A stretch of DNA of 64,000 nt from Azolla caroliniana (GCA_043228905.1 JBHGNT010000017.1:8618001-8682000), one strand, 5' to 3'; positions 24,381-39,135 are shown, counted from the stretch's first letter. Program-made: numbers and translations. The notes: generated by a model from the letters alone, not told the origin.

Positions 24381-27300
24381 TCCCTGCGCCCCTCCCCTCT
24401 TTTTCCCCCGCCTCGATTCCCCAAAAACTCAAAGCACACCAAACCAAAAAAATAAAAATGAGAGTGTGAATCAATTGAAAAAAAAAAACAATAATTTAAA
24501 TAAATAGATAGATATAGATAAGAATGGATTTGAAGAAATTAGCAAACAAATATAATCGACTGAATAAAGAAGCCGAATAAAGACAAAGTAAATAAAAAAG
24601 AAAATAATTTAATAAATCAAAAAGCTGACGAGGGAAAATTAAAAAAAGCAAAGCTTCCGATTTTTCTTTTTCCTCCTTTTTTTTCACGATTTGTTCTCTT
24701 GCCCCACTTTTTTTGTTTGTTTAGTAAAAAAAAACATTATTTTTTATTTTATTTTGCTTTTTTGCAAATTTTGTTCATAATGACTATTTATTTGCTTTTT
24801 TCAAACAAACCCCACATGCTTTTTCTTAAGGTCACGTTCACACACACACACAAATCAATCCATCCATTATTACCATTTAGCACCCAAACATAAAATAACT
24901 CGTTTGGAAGTTCTCCATAACACAACCCCATCCATCCAATGTTAGTTAGTGTCTTTGTTGTCGTCAATGTTGGTGTCTCTATCACCCTCTTCTATGTCGG
25001 GGTGGACTGTTGTGGATGCCAATGTTGATGTCTCTGTGTGTCTATATCCACCTACCTATTGGGGAGCTTGGAAATATCCATCTCTTTAGGGGTCCCGAAA
25101 TGAATCAATCCACAGTAATATATCTTGCCCGCCCCATTACGCACAACGATGGCCATCTCATTTATCGAATGTGTGTCCAAGAGACAAAAAAACTCTCGGC
25201 ATCACTACATTGCTTGATAAGTACACGAAAATAACACGCCAACCTTGGGATTGATCAATGCACCATGAGTTTGGAATCCGGCCTCAACGCAACTTTCACA
25301 TGTGTTCATTTGGAAAAACATAAGTAATTGGTCTCTCAAATCAAGAGCCTTGGCTATATCCCCCTTGTTTTGTGCTATAAAAACAATCGCTCATCTTCAC
25401 TTATACACTATTGTCACTTTTCCTCGGCTTTTGTTCTCTGCCATGTAAACCTACCCGAATTACATATATCATACTTTGATCGTTTTCCTAAAGCATCGGA
25501 TGAATGTCAATACAACAAACGTGAGTGTATATTGAGAAGTTTAAACCCTGCTATCAATTGCCATGGATCAAGCCAACCTTCATATAGAGGAACCATTTGC
25601 ATGGATTTCATTTGGCATGACTTTGATATGTCTTGTGTAGGATGGGAATTAATTGCTTGTGTTTTACTGGGAACTTGCAATTGAAGAAATGGAGTATTGA
25701 CAAAAACGAAATCGATTTTTTCAATTTTGTTTTGTACACTCTAGCATTCTTTCAGCACAAAGTTTATTGTTTTCATGAGCATTCGTGTAAAGAGTTTGTC
25801 GAAGCTTAGCAAAAGGTGAAAAGTTTGTCAAATGATGATCCCCACTAATGTAGCGGGATGCTTAAAAAGCTTCCTTAACAACTTTGTTTCTACAATCAAA
25901 GTTTTCTCTATTCACATGCTATTGACGTGGGGAAATACTCATTTCCTCTATCCATCGAATATAGTCATGCAAGAATATTCATTGAAAAAGTCCATGTGTG
26001 TAGAGATTCTTAGGCATTTTTGAGCCTCTTCTAGCGATTGGTTTTTTAGATATGTTATTTTCCAACCTCCTACTTAACAACACGTCGACCCAAGTATCTT
26101 CACCTAAGGTGAATAAACTTCTTTGTCCTTTGAAATCGTCTTCAACCTTTATTTAACAAATTAACACCAACACAAAAGGTGGGCTAGGTGCTTGCTTTTT
26201 GTATCAATGTGTTACATTCTTTGTATTTTTATTACAAGGGTGAGCACTGAGAACCATGGTCGATGAAGCATCACCCATGTTGCCCCTATTAGGAGAAGTA
26301 TTCGACCAATTTATCACAGAGTGAATGAGTGGACCCTTGTACCTAGTATATGGTGTTGGTGGTTTTACATATAGATGAATAAAGTGGATTCAACCTTATG
26401 GGAAAGCAAGACTCCCACTTAAAGTTAAGGTTCAAATATCATTAGGTTTCCAAACTCGAAGTTACATCTCAAACATCTCATCCTTCCTATCCCCTTATGA
26501 ATGTAAACTTTGATAACGTTTTATGGAAATCTTTCAAATTTGCATTTATTGGACCCAATCAAAGTTGAACATTGATCTATCGTCGACCTCAGGTTAGAAG
26601 TGACTAAATGTGTAGAACATACGTAATATAGCAGCATTTAGTGTTTTAGAACATGCAAATATGCTCACTCTATTATTCAATAACACATCATCACTCACAA
26701 GAAAGTATCAAGAATAAAGTCTTCCATCTCTAATTCCACAATGGGAGCTAAATTTCACTATCATTGGTCTTAGAGTCTCTCGACCATCGATCTTTAAAGT
26801 TTAAACCACATATATCATTTCATTCATTTACAAGAGTACCCATTTATAGCAATACAATGACTATGGTTGATTCACAACATAGTTCTCCTTGTAAATTATT
26901 CTCTTTGTGTGAATTATGTATGGGTTAGTGAAACTCGCTCCATAATTTTCTTACATGCTTTACGTGAATCCCAAAATTTCTAGATTTTAAAAAATAGGTT
27001 GGAGAAAATCTGTCAGCAAAGTATACAAAAATAATATTGATTACGATTGACACAATGATTAGTTATGTTAAATATGCTTGATCTGTTTGTTGATCGGTCG
27101 GATTAGGCTAAGAACTACCATCCTCTACCTTTACAAATACATCGTACCTCAAGTGCTTTAAATGTTTGCATCATAAAAGCGATGTGTTCACTATGGCAAG
27201 CACATACATATGCATCATTACATTGCAGTGTGCACATATTGGATTTCAAATTTTGGCATTTGTAGATTGCACTTTATTCTTTTACCAAAATGAAATTGTC

Positions 27301-27414
27301 GGTAGAGTTATCAAGTATTGCACTAGTGTAGAGAGGGTTCTTGGATCGTTACTATGTACTTGCGTACAACGAAAACCTTTTGGGAAGTGAAAGGACTTCT
27401 GATACCAACTAAGA

Positions 27415-27990
27415 TGTCATATCAACTTGGCTAAATTAAACTAAACCACGTAAACCTTACTACAACTATCAAGATGCTCGAATAAATGTTGTATCCACAT
27501 GGTTACATTGAACTTCATTGCATAATGCTTTCCTAATAGTTGATGAAAACATTCCTTTCTTTAAGAAATAAGTTGTTCAAATGTAAAACATTGTTTCACT
27601 GCAAAAATACATGGATTTTCTAATGTGTGTGTGACCTCTATACCACCAAGTTTGGGTAGAAATGTATTTAAAAATGGATTTGTCAAATCACAAGTCTTAT
27701 GTTCAAAAGACCCATATTCAATAGATAGAGGAATGACGCTATGTTTTCTTCTATTCCCCACTTCAAATGCCACCAATTTATGTAAACTTAGGGAAGTTGA
27801 CGGTAGGAACCCCTTCAAAATGAATATGGGGTCAATGTTTGTTTTGATTAGTTGTTTAAGTTCATACACACATTGCATACAATTAATTAGAGAGTGTATG
27901 TGTGTGTGTGAGAGAGATCTATTTCCTAAGTATATGTGTGAGATATGTTATGACAGCAATCGACAATATCATGCTAAAAAATATGATAAT
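27415..27990 (-). mobile_element. Degenerate LTR-like repeat with adjacent tRNA-iMet PBS; inverted copy at ~38620-39135
   Basis: tctgatacca (PBS reverse complement) at 27398-27407, then TGTCA at 27415. Collinear reverse-complement blocks, e.g. ttttctaatgtgtgtgtgacctctata versus tatagaggtcacacacacattagaaaa. Confidence 0.65.
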
Positions 27991-29249
27991 CATATCCTCA
28001 TGCATGATAACATATTATTCAAATATTTGAGACAAAACTTCAAATAATCGTTTGATGAGGTATGATGTTAAGTAAAAGTGTAAATGCTCTGAAATCAATA
28101 ATTAAAATTACATGCCACAATTGCATACTCTTAAGATAAATGAGATGGACATAAAAAAGTCTCATTTGTGAAACAAGAAATGCAATGGTACTCGTGTGGT
28201 GTGGTCTGTTTGTTGTAAGGGGCTACATATTCACACCAAAGCTTTTGTGCTTTGAATTGTCAATTCCTCACATAATTTTTTTATGGCCTAGATAATTTTT
28301 TTATGGTGAATAATTTTTTTAACAATTCCTCACATATCAATCATATGGCCTAGATAAAGCATAATGAGAAATACTTTTCTTCATGATTGGCGAGTTCCCC
28401 ACATGAACTTTGTTGTGCCCCTAAAATATGGGGGTCTCAAAACAAGCTCAAAAACATAGTTGAGACTAGTGGGATCAAGCCAAAATGATGATTCATTATC
28501 ATTATAATTAATCGTGATTACAATAAGGGTTTATTACAAGCTCCTTAGTGCAAAGATGATTAGAGAGAGGGACAAAGAGCGAAGTCTAAAACTGAAAATC
28601 AAGGAATAAGGACCCAATGAGGCGTGGTCCTCTTTTTATATGCCAAACATGGTTGTTGGGGCTAGCTGTTGGGATAGTCCCTTGGGGCTACCGTTGGGAC
28701 TAGGTTGTCCCAAGCCAAGGGTGGCGTCCCTTTTGGGATTGGAACTGGTTCATTTCTTGGGTTCCAATTCAGATTAGGGCAGTTTAAAGTTGGGATTGTC
28801 CCAACATTGTTTTTGCTTCCTTGTGAGCATCCCAATTTCGATTGAGGTTCAATGGGGTTGTCCCAACTCACTCTGGGACTACGTTCCGGTTGGGATTGTT
28901 TGGGGGCACCACCTTTTCACTCGGGTCCCATAGATATTGTGTCCCATCTAGCTCACAAACCAATCTCAAGCACTTCCTTGGCTCGAGTCTTCGCCTCAAC
29001 CCCCCCTAGTCTATCTCGTGTCTCTTGTTGGGGTTCCTTTTTGCCTTATTCTTTTGCCCTTTATTCGGGCTCACTTTGCCTTCCTCGATCTTGGTTCTTG
29101 GATCAGTCTCTTTAACCTTGATTTCTTGATTGGTTTCCTCCAATCCCACATTGTGTTCATCCACCCTAGGCTTTGCCTCTTGTCTAAAGCCTTCCTTGTA
29201 TTCTTGCTTCGACCTCCATGGTTGAGTCCGACTTCTCCTTGATCCCAAT

Positions 29250-29756
29250 TAGCAACGGGCACGGTTTCGGCTCAAACCGAACCGAACCATTAAGCCATGG
29301 TTTAACGGTTTACTGGTTCCAAAATATTTTGATGGTTTGGTTTGGTTTTGATTTTTGATAAACGGTCCGGTTGTAAAACTTGGGTTTATAGGTTTGGTTT
29401 AAAGATTTTTGGTTAACTTTTTTTTACCTGAATAGTTTATTGATTTAGTGTTTTAATTAATGGTTTTTTATTGATTTAATAAATTTAACTTAAATGCTTA
29501 TTTAATTTAATGTATTTTTGTTTAGTTAGATGTTTAATTAGTTTGATTTAAGTGGTTAGGTTTAAATTTTTTATTAAATGGTTCGGTTTGGTTTTAACTT
29601 TTCCCTAAATGGTTTGGTTTCAACTTTTTCTTAAATGGTTTGGTTTAAATACTGAGGGTTCATAAATGGTTTGGTTTGGTTTTTGTTTTAAATAAATGGT
29701 TTGGTTTTGGTTTGGTTTGGTTTCTTTGCCTTTAAACCGAACCGCGCCCATTGCTA
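29250..29756. mobile_element. Non-autonomous hAT-type MITE
   Basis: TIRs TAGCAAcGGGCaCGGTT / AACCGcGCCCaTTGCTA, 8-bp TSD atcccaat / atcccgat, subterminal AACCG/GGTTT arrays and an AT-rich core. Confidence 0.9.
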
Positions 29757-29852
29757 ATCCCGATCTCAAACTCGGTCTCGAGCTCATCGGTTCCCTCTTC
29801 CTTTGTCTCTAACTCAGACTCGATCTCAATCTCAAGTTCCTCGATTTCTCGT

Positions 29853-29889
29853 TGTAAAGAATCGGATGGATTCTATGCAACGGAAGAAC

Positions 29890-29938
<49 letters not shown>

Positions 29939-32900
29939 CACGATTACAGAAAATTAGAAAACTATATTACAAAGGAAGCAAGAATAACCAACCACTACAA
30001 AGAGAGGGAGATGGTGCTTATATGTAGTCACCTTCTCTCTAAGTTCTCTTACTAGTATCGCCTCTTGAGAAAGAGATTGTGTCTTAACTACTTAAAGAAT
30101 GTGTCATAGGACATTAACTTCTATGAAACCCTAGTTACCATACAAGGAGGTGGGGTGTTCACACACTTGAGTATCCTAGAGTGTGTTCCCACTCACAGGA
30201 AGTTGAGTTATGCCCCTTCAAACACAACTTCCGATCGTCGGATTGTCAGATGATTGGTTTGGATTGGTCTTCAGGTCGGCTTCAAATGGCCAGTATAGCC
30301 TACTGCTCCATACTCCCCCTCAAGCTTGGTTGATCGATGGTCGAAAGACCCAGGTCGGTCATGAACATGCCGCAACTTGTTGACTCCCAGGGCCTTGGTG
30401 AAGATGTCGGTCGTCTATAGGTTTGTGTTGATGTGTTGTAGTTCGACATCCCCCGCCAGAACATGCACTCGGATGAAGTGATAATGCACTTCGATGTGCT
30501 TAGTCCGAGCATGGAAGTGTGGGTTCTGAGCGAGGTGGATACTGCTCATGTTGTCGAAGTAGAGGAGAATTGGATCCTTGATGGGAACACCCATATCCTT
30601 CAAGATTCTCTTGAGACAAACGACTTCACATGCGGCTACGGTCGCGCCCCTGTATTCGGCTTCAGTGCTCGACAATGCGACCGTTGGATGTTTCTTAGTA
30701 CTCCACGATATGGCACATTGCCGAGAGAAAAAACAAATCCAGATGTCGATCGTCGGTCGGCTCTGTAGCCGGCCCAGTTGGCATCGGTATAACCTTTGAG
30801 TTGTATCGGTGTGGCCGATTTGTAAAGGATGTCGAAATCCATGGTTCCACTCACATACCTTAGCACTCGCTTAGCACAGTCGAGATGGATGTCTTGTAGA
30901 GTTTGCATGAATTGGTTAAGAAGGCTATGATGTAAAGAAGATTGAAGGTATAGTGCTTTTGAGAAAGCATGATGCCGTAAGGAGTTGGAATTACTTCTAT
31001 TCTTAGAAAGTAATGGAGCTCCTTCATATCGGTCATGTCGAATCGGTTGGAGAGGAGCTTCTTGATGTGCTCAATATCCGCTAAATGCTCTCCTCCTATG
31101 ACCAAGTCATCCATATAAATGATGATAAATACCTGTCCTCTGGAGTTGCTCCGGATGAACAGAGAGTTGTCGAACTTGGACATGTTGAAGCCGATGTGAT
31201 GAAGATATTGCGTTATCTTCAAATGCCATGCTCTCGGTGCCTACTTGAGGCCATAGAGAGGCTTTTTGAGTCGGCAGACATCAGTCGGATGCGTAGTCGA
31301 CAGGAATCTGGGTGTTTGCACCATGTACACCTCTTTGTCTAACTTGCCCTGTAGAAAGGCGTTCTTTACGTCCATTTTGTGGATGCCACCCTTTTGTTGT
31401 TGCAAGCGCAATCACAGTTCGAATTGTAGTCATCTTTGCCACCGGGACAAAGGTCTCTTCGTAGTCGACACCGTGCGTCTGCGTGTAGCCCTTCGCCACA
31501 AGTCGGGCCTTGTACCGATGGACAATGTCGTCGGCGTTGTGCTTTACCTTGAAGATCCACCGGCATCCAATTGCCTTTTGATGGTTTGAAGAAGGGACAA
31601 GATCCCATGTCTCATTCTTGGAGAGTGCTTGCATCTCCTCATTCATCGCTTCGACCCATCTAGGTTCCTTTGCGGCTTCGGAATAGTGTTCCGGTTCTCA
31701 TACTGTCGACACCTTCATCATGAATGCATAATGATATGCCATGTAGTCATTGTAGCTGAATCGGCTGACTACGTTCTTTTCTCGGGTGGATCGACGTGGT
31801 TCTCTTGGTGTCCTCATGATGGGCACATCCTATCTACCAAACTCACTGTCGGGTAAGTGAGTCGATTCATTTCCAACTGACTCTTCGTACTCAGGCATTT
31901 TGGCCTTGCCTTTGTCCTGTTTTAGACTCGGTCGCGACGTGCTTTGGTCGCTTGGAGGCTCTTGTAGTCCACTCAACCTAGTTGAGATTGGACTTTCCTC
32001 TTATGTGGGCCTTCATCGCGTCTGTGTCGAACTCGCTTTCGACTGTGCCAGATGGGGCTGATTTGACTGTATACCAGGATGTTGACTCGTCAAATACTAC
32101 ATCCCTACTCACTCGTACCTTCTTGGTGGAAGGGTTGAAGCACTTATACCCTTTTTGTTTGAGTGAGTACCCTACAAGTATACATTTCTTCGACTTGGGA
32201 TCAAGCTTCTGCCGCTTCTCGTTGGGAATATGTACATATGCAATTGAACTGAATATCCTGACATGAGATAGATCCGGTTTCTTCCCATAGAACTTTTCCC
32301 AGGGGGTACATCGTGCACTCCTAATGTTGTGTAACAATTCATCAAATAAATGTCTGTATTAGCCGCTTTAGCCCAATATGACTTTGGCAGACGTTTCTTG
32401 TTCATCATTGCCCTTGCCACCTCGAGTATGTGCTGATTCTTGTGTTTCGCTACTCTGCTCTGCTGAGGTGTGTGTCGACAGGTAAACTCCCTCCGAATTC
32501 CTTCTTGTTGAAGGTATGTTGTAAAGGCGTCAGAGAAATACTCCTTGTCGCCATCCGATCGAAGGCATAAGACATGTTGATCGGTTGCCTTTTCGACTTC
32601 GTTTTTGAACCTTTGGAAGTGTCCAAACACTTCACTTGTCTGCTGCATAAGGTAGATCTAGGTTTGTCTGGAGAAATCGTCGATGAACGTTACGTAGTAC
32701 CGACAACCACTGAATGTTGTTGTCTGGGCTAGTCCCCATACATCTGAATGTATTACATCTAGGATCCCTTTGCTTGTGTTCCTCTCCTTTGGGAACGGTT
32801 GTCGGTGTTGTTTGCCGAATTGACAAGCTTCGCACACGCCTGCATTTTCCTTTTCAGTGAAAGTCGGAAGTCCACAACTCCTTTCAACTACATTCCTTTG

Positions 32901-34477
32901 AGCTTTTGGAGGTTAATGTGACCAATTCGCTTGTGCAACAGCTCTATGTCAGTGTCGGCTCTCTGGTCCTTGGCATACATTGTCGAGTTCATCTCGTGAG
33001 AGTCAAGGATGAACATCTGACCTTCTCTCCGACCCCTAGCAATGAGTCGACCTTCTTTTTCGATGAAGCATCCTCCATCGTTGAAGCGGACTTGCATGCC
33101 TTGTTCGACTATCTGGCCAACTAAGACCAGGTTCTTTGTTATCGTAGGAACATGTAGAACGTTCTTGATGTAGGTTTGCTTTCCTTCTTCCCCAAATGGG
33201 ACATTGCCGATATGTTGAATGGGATGATTGTCATCGAGTTCATTCTGTGTCTCATCACAAACATTCTGCCACGATTGTCGTAGTTGGAGTTTGTGAGTTG
33301 TCTGCTTGTGGAGGCCGACTCACTCTTCTTTTTCCGACACTCTACCTCCTAGTGGCCGAATTTACCATAGTATCCACACTAGGTTGGATTGTTTTGTCGG
33401 CTGGGTCCGGCCTGATTGCTCCCCCTTCTTCCGGACGCTTCGCCTCGCGTGTTCGAAACGTCTTGTCGGTAATAGAAGTTATGTTCTCAGGGTTGCTCTT
33501 GGTTGTGTCGACTTTGGCCGAATCGACCTCTTCTTCCCTGACCTTGTCCTTTTCCTCCATCGAAGTTCGAATAGAGCATTTGTCCTTCTTGCGCATTGCA
33601 TCTTGTTCGAACATGATTCTCCTCGACTGGAGATCAAAGAAGGGGGGAGGATTCTCCATCGCGAGGAAATCCGACCGAATGGCCCCGAACCTAGGTGCTA
33701 AGCCTCCAAGGCAAATCTGCACAATTTCATCGTCATCAATGCTAACATTGATTGACCGAGGGCATCGCATAGATCCTTGATCTTAAAGGAGTAGCTGCTG
33801 ATTGACATGTCCCTCTGTTGTATACAGTTCAACTCACCATTTGCTCCCACGTTGTTGGGTTGATTCTCATTTGCCCCTTCGACATAGCTCCAATATCCTT
33901 GGCGGAGAAGGTATTGGTGCATCTTGTACTCCCAAGATGCAAAGTTGTTTCTGTCGAGCTTTTCGGTAGCGCATCCCATCTGTGTGTTCATGTTGAGCTT
34001 CTTCTTCTTGATTGAAATGTGTAGATTGTTGTTACAACGATCAATTGGTTCTTATCGAACGAAGAATCGGGCACAACACACATAGAGGTGACGGGCTTCG
34101 ATCAAGCAACCACACGCTCTAATACCATGTAAAGAATCAGATGGATTATGTTCAGTAGAAGAACTCTGTGTGTGTGTGTGTGTGTGTTGAGAGAGAGAGG
34201 GAGAGCTCACGATTAAAGAAAATCAGAAAACTATATTACAAAGGAAGCAAGAATAACCAACCACTACAAAGAGAGGGAGATGGTGCTTATGTCGTCACCT
34301 TCTCTCTAAGTTCTCTCACTAGTGTGCCTCTTGAGAAAGAGGTCATGTCGTAACTACTTAAAGAATATGTGTCATAGGACATTAACTTCTATGACACACT
34401 AATTACTATACAAGGAGGTGGGGTGTTCACACAATTGAGTATCCTAGAGTGTGTTCCCACTCATGGGAAGTTGAGTT
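29853..34477 (-). mobile_element. Ty1/copia LTR retrotransposon, near full length, degenerate
   Basis: LTRs at 29853-30312 and 34128-~34477 (the latter truncated). PBS gctctaatacca at 34116-34127, PPT ctccccct at 30313. gag EKLDRNNFASWEYKM, integrase, RT YMDDL, RNase H YTDANW/RTKHIEVHYHF. Confidence 0.95.
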
Positions 34478-37400
34478 TCTCGATCTTCTCGGTTGGTTCC
34501 TCTTTTTCTTCCATCTTGATTGTGCCCTCCATCTTGGTTTCAACCTTCATCTTGGTCCTGACCTCCAACTTAGTCTCGTCTTCTTGTGTATCGAGCTCCA
34601 CTTGGGTTCTTGCTCCTTGAGGGAAATCCCTCTCATGCCTTGGGTCTTTATGGTGGGTGACTCCTTCACCCACTCGATCCCCCTTCTTTTGAACCGTGGG
34701 TTGCAATTCCTCGTCCAACCTATTACCATTATCAACCTCGATTAAGCTATTCAACACATTTTTAGAAACATCAAAATTCTCAATTGATTGAGGGAAAATC
34801 CTCCATTCCTCCATCTTACTTGCGGTTTCATCCCTTGAGATGAATTTCCTGCACACCTGTCACTTGAAGTCTTCCCAATTCTCGAAGGGTCTTCTCCACC
34901 TCTCTCGAAGGTACCACTCCTCGGCGTCGCCTTCAAGAAATCCACTCGCTACCTCCACTCAATCTTGTGGCCTCAATCGACACCGCTCCAAGTGGCTTTC
35001 CACGTCGATGATCCACTTCTCAAGCACTGAAGACTCCCTCATCCTTGCATACTCCCATGGGGGCACTCCCTTGTAGCTTCCCTTGAGTGATTTCTCCTTC
35101 TCGACAATCTGTTCCTTGGACTTTGTAGGATTTCGCTCCTTCACTTGTTGCAACAAAGCTTCATCGAGTTGTGCCAATGCAATCTCCATTTCGTTCTCTT
35201 GCCTTCTCAACATTACACACACACGCACACGCACACAAACACAAACACAATCATTTAGAAAATCTTGATTCTATTTGGAAGTTCTTTTTCTATTTTCACT
35301 ATTTAATTGCAATGATCATAGACTTTATTCATACCTTCTTCTTAAAGGTATTTTGATTTTCGTTGTTGTACTAGTGTTGTATGTGTAAATATGTTTTTAC
35401 ATTTACCTAGAAAAATTCACCAATGACTCCATTCATTAGTTCACCCCAATACACCTCACTTTTTTAGTTTTAGCTTTACGTATCATTACATTGTCATTAG
35501 AGTTTGATTAATGTTGTAGGGTGATTGAAATCATTATTTTATTCCGGATATTAAGTGTATTATAAACATTGTCAAGTGTAGGTCATCGAGTTACCAAATG
35601 AAAAAGCTCTATAAGCCAAAGATCGAACAAGTAAGAAACCTATAATGTGTGAATACAAGAGAATAGAAGCAAAAGGGAAGCATTATAGCATGATATTATG
35701 GAGAAAATGAAGGTCATTGGGTCAGGTATTGCCCACATACTTTTTGCAAGTGACTACAAGTATCTTGTACCACTACAATGTAGATTCACTTTGATGCTCG
35801 TTGTTTAAGGCCAAACAAGAACAACATATAAGTAATTTGATCATGGATGGTGAGAGATCTAATTACAATGTAATTGGCATTCTAAATTACCATTTCGAAC
35901 AAAGGTCTTTATCTTACGAGAGTGTTCTAACTTTAGGATAAACTCTAAACAGGCATGAACTCACGTAGGGTAATTGTTTTCTAAGGTGAATTGGAAGATA
36001 GTCCACACTAGTTCATCCAATGCCTAGTTGCTTATAAGATGTGGGATAAATTTATCACACCAGCCAACATCAAGACAATGAGAATTTGTACAAACTGGCC
36101 TAAAATCAAAGATGGAGGTAATCTTTCTCTTTTCAAGGTATGGGGATTACGTCACAATCCAGATATGGCAAATGATTTATGTTTGTTGGTGGACATGGAT
36201 GCCAAGCAACAAAAGTTGAAGGACTGTTGATTTGACAATTATGTTTATTGGAGCAAGTGGAGAGTCACTCTTTGACAGGGTGTTCTTCTTACAAACATAC
36301 TTGAATGTGGTAAAGGGAAGAGCATTGGATCAATGTGTAAGACTCAAATACTTAACCTTGTTCAAGGCAAAAAATGCATGCAAATTTGTTGAGTCCCCTT
36401 GCTTGTGCCCTGATACCTTGTCTCACATTGATACCTCGTCTCACATTGAGGGAAATGCATGTTGAGACATTTGGAAACAATGGTGTGAATAACGAACAAA
36501 CATATAGCCCTAGCATGTATCGTGAGTGTAGTTTTGTTGTATGTAGAGAAATATGATTTTGTTGTTTGGTACTACATATGTAATATAACATGCAAGAAAC
36601 ATGAACCTCTACATCTTTCCCAAGGTGCGACGCGTTGGCATTTAAAAAAATGTGTCAATTCACAAAGGAATCTATTGATGTAGCATGAAACAAACATAAT
36701 GTATCCACAATTTCAAACAAATTTTTTATGACTTGCATCTACGAGGAGGCCAATTTTTTGCTTATGAGTGTCTTTTGAATATTTTTACTTGCTCCTCACA
36801 TGATTGTAGGAAGTCAATGTGTTTTTTTTTCCAACTTTAAGCATATAGTCAACAACCCTTCCATGGCCATGATTTGAAGGGGAAGTGATCTGAACTCAAG
36901 AAGTAGGAGTGTGTATAACAATTTGTAGTTTGACTCTAACTTCATAAGGAAGTGCTTTCAAACATTTTCAATATCTTAGGGATGTTGCTGCCCAATTCAA
37001 ACCCACAAAGAAGCACTACTTTTACCAAAGTGTCAAAAGTAAGTTTTCCATGGGAACCAACAAATTTATCCGAAGTGCTCATGCTCTAAAATGTATAATA
37101 AACCCATGTTCCTAATACCAAGTAGTGAGTTGCACACATTCATTTCATCTATGGTTGAAGGAGCCTCAAGCTCAATATAATTATGTGTTTCATGAGAGAG
37201 AGAAACATCATCAAGGAGCTCCATATATGTTGTGATAGAGAAAGTGAGTGAGAGTAAGATTCAACATGGAAATTGTTCTAGATCTCACATATTGCATTAC
37301 CATTATTGTATTACATTGAGTCATCTATAGGTGCATATTCAATGTATGTATACAAACAAAGTATATCATCCCTTGTGTTAGATTTGGAACCATTATTTAT

Positions 37401-38619
37401 ATACATGTATAAATTCTCTTGAGTGATTGACCACATAGTGTTACAATATTTTTTATATAATGTCACAAATTATAGTTGGGGGAAGCTCTTGTTTTTAGTG
37501 TTCAACACACTTACAATTGAATCTTAGGATGTTCAATGCACTAATTAGCTTTATGATGCCCAATATTCTTATTCAAATATATGAAGGTCATAATACAATA
37601 CTTTCAGCAATAAATTATTGTGTATGTGTAATGAGGGGAAGAGTTTATATTCAATGATATATTGCTAATAAAGAGTTGATTATAAATCATTGCTTTGCTA
37701 TGAAAACGGGAATATATCAATGCAAACAGTTTGGTCAAGTTTAGCCATGGTATTTTGATCATAACACGTTTGCTACAAATGCCATGTATGAACACTTCAA
37801 CTATGGAAAAGGAGGTTTTAGTGGTTTGAACTTGCAAGCCTTTAACTCCATACTATTGACTTTAACAATGGAAGAGTTTGAATTTATTCACGAACCTTTA
37901 AGACGTGTCAGACTTTTTAAAGACCTTTTTTATCTTAAACAAATATATTACAATTGCATTCCAAAATCTTCAATAAAACATTCCCGCTATCATAACTTAA
38001 AACAAAATGCAACGTTACTTGATTAAGTGACACATTGATGTCTTGTGTCTGACAAAACATTAATCGAGTTCATATTACTAAGGTTTGTTTAATTGTGGGG
38101 AAGGCTAAAAATTCAAAGGTATTTCTTGATTTTTGGTGCAAAACAATTAAATGACATTGCACGCATGTACTAAGTTTTTAAAATTGATTTATGGTGTCTC
38201 ACCCAAGGCATGATCCGGTTGGAGCCTCGAGATCTGAGAAAATGTGAAAGATCGAATAAAATGCTAGACAAATGACGTTATCGTGACCCCCCCAAATTGC
38301 TGACTTGCCCTTTTGAAACTTCAAAAAAAGTATCGTAAACATGGTAATTTTTGTTTCTCCATTTGCATTAAAATGCTTCTCTTCTCATTTTCCATTCCCC
38401 AAAACCACAAACAATCAACATACTACATTATAGTGCTCGAGAAATGTGTGCCAAAAAGATCAAACTTTAAACCATTTTGCCCCATTCAAGTTTTCCTTCT
38501 ATAACTATAGAGAAGAGAAAATGTTACAATTTTGACTTCTTTCTCACAATTATTATTTTTGACTTTATTAGGTATTTTCAAAGTGTCCATGAGAACAAGC
38601 ATATAAGGCGACAAAAAGT

Positions 38620-39135
38620 TATCATATGTTTAGCTTTTTTCGAGTAGGACATTGTCTTATGCCACCATAGCATCTCACACATACGTAGGAAATAGCTTTC
38701 TCTCTCTCTCAAACTTTATACAATGTGTGTGCCCCCCCAATAAACAAATAATCAAAACAAACATTGACCCCGTTTCCACCTTGAAGGGTTTTCTACCAAC
38801 GGTAACCTCAAGTTGACATAATATGATGGCGTTTGGAGTGGGAAGATGGGCCTTTTAAACATAAGAATCTATCTTATTTATACATTTCTACCCAAATTTG
38901 GTTAAGTAGTGTTATAGAGGTCACACACACATTAGAAAATGCACATATTTTTAAAATGAAACTATGTTATAGAATTACATGTGAACAACTTATTTCTTCA
39001 ATATAGGGACAATTTCATCAACTGATAGGAAATCATTTTGTAGTGAAGTTCAACCTAACCACATGGATGCAACATTTATTCAAGCATCTTGGAAGGTATA
39101 GTAAGCTCTACATGGTTTAGTTTTACTTAACCAAG
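38620..39135 (+). repeat. Inverted diverged copy of the 27424-27990 repeat
   Basis: Multiple collinear reverse-complement blocks, e.g. atcaaaacaaacattgacccc versus ggggtcaatgtttgttttgat. Confidence 0.85.

Larger units (their letters stand above)
28411..35270 (-). mobile_element. Ty3/gypsy-derived gag-only LTR element, interrupted by a hAT MITE and a copia element
   Basis: Retrotransposon-gag-like EKWIIDVESHL..VEVASGFLEGDAEEWY..WEDFK at ~34850-35030. The charged tail continues at 34478-34850, 29765-29852 and 29006-29249. LTR-like segment from TGTTG (28411) with a minus-strand TATA, and a C-run PPT at ~29000. Boundaries are approximate. Confidence 0.6.

Noticed and set aside
24900-27100. Short ORFs upstream of the bromodomain gene
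   Set aside because: Stop-riddled with no recognisable domain. Probably old TE debris, but not supportable from sequence alone.
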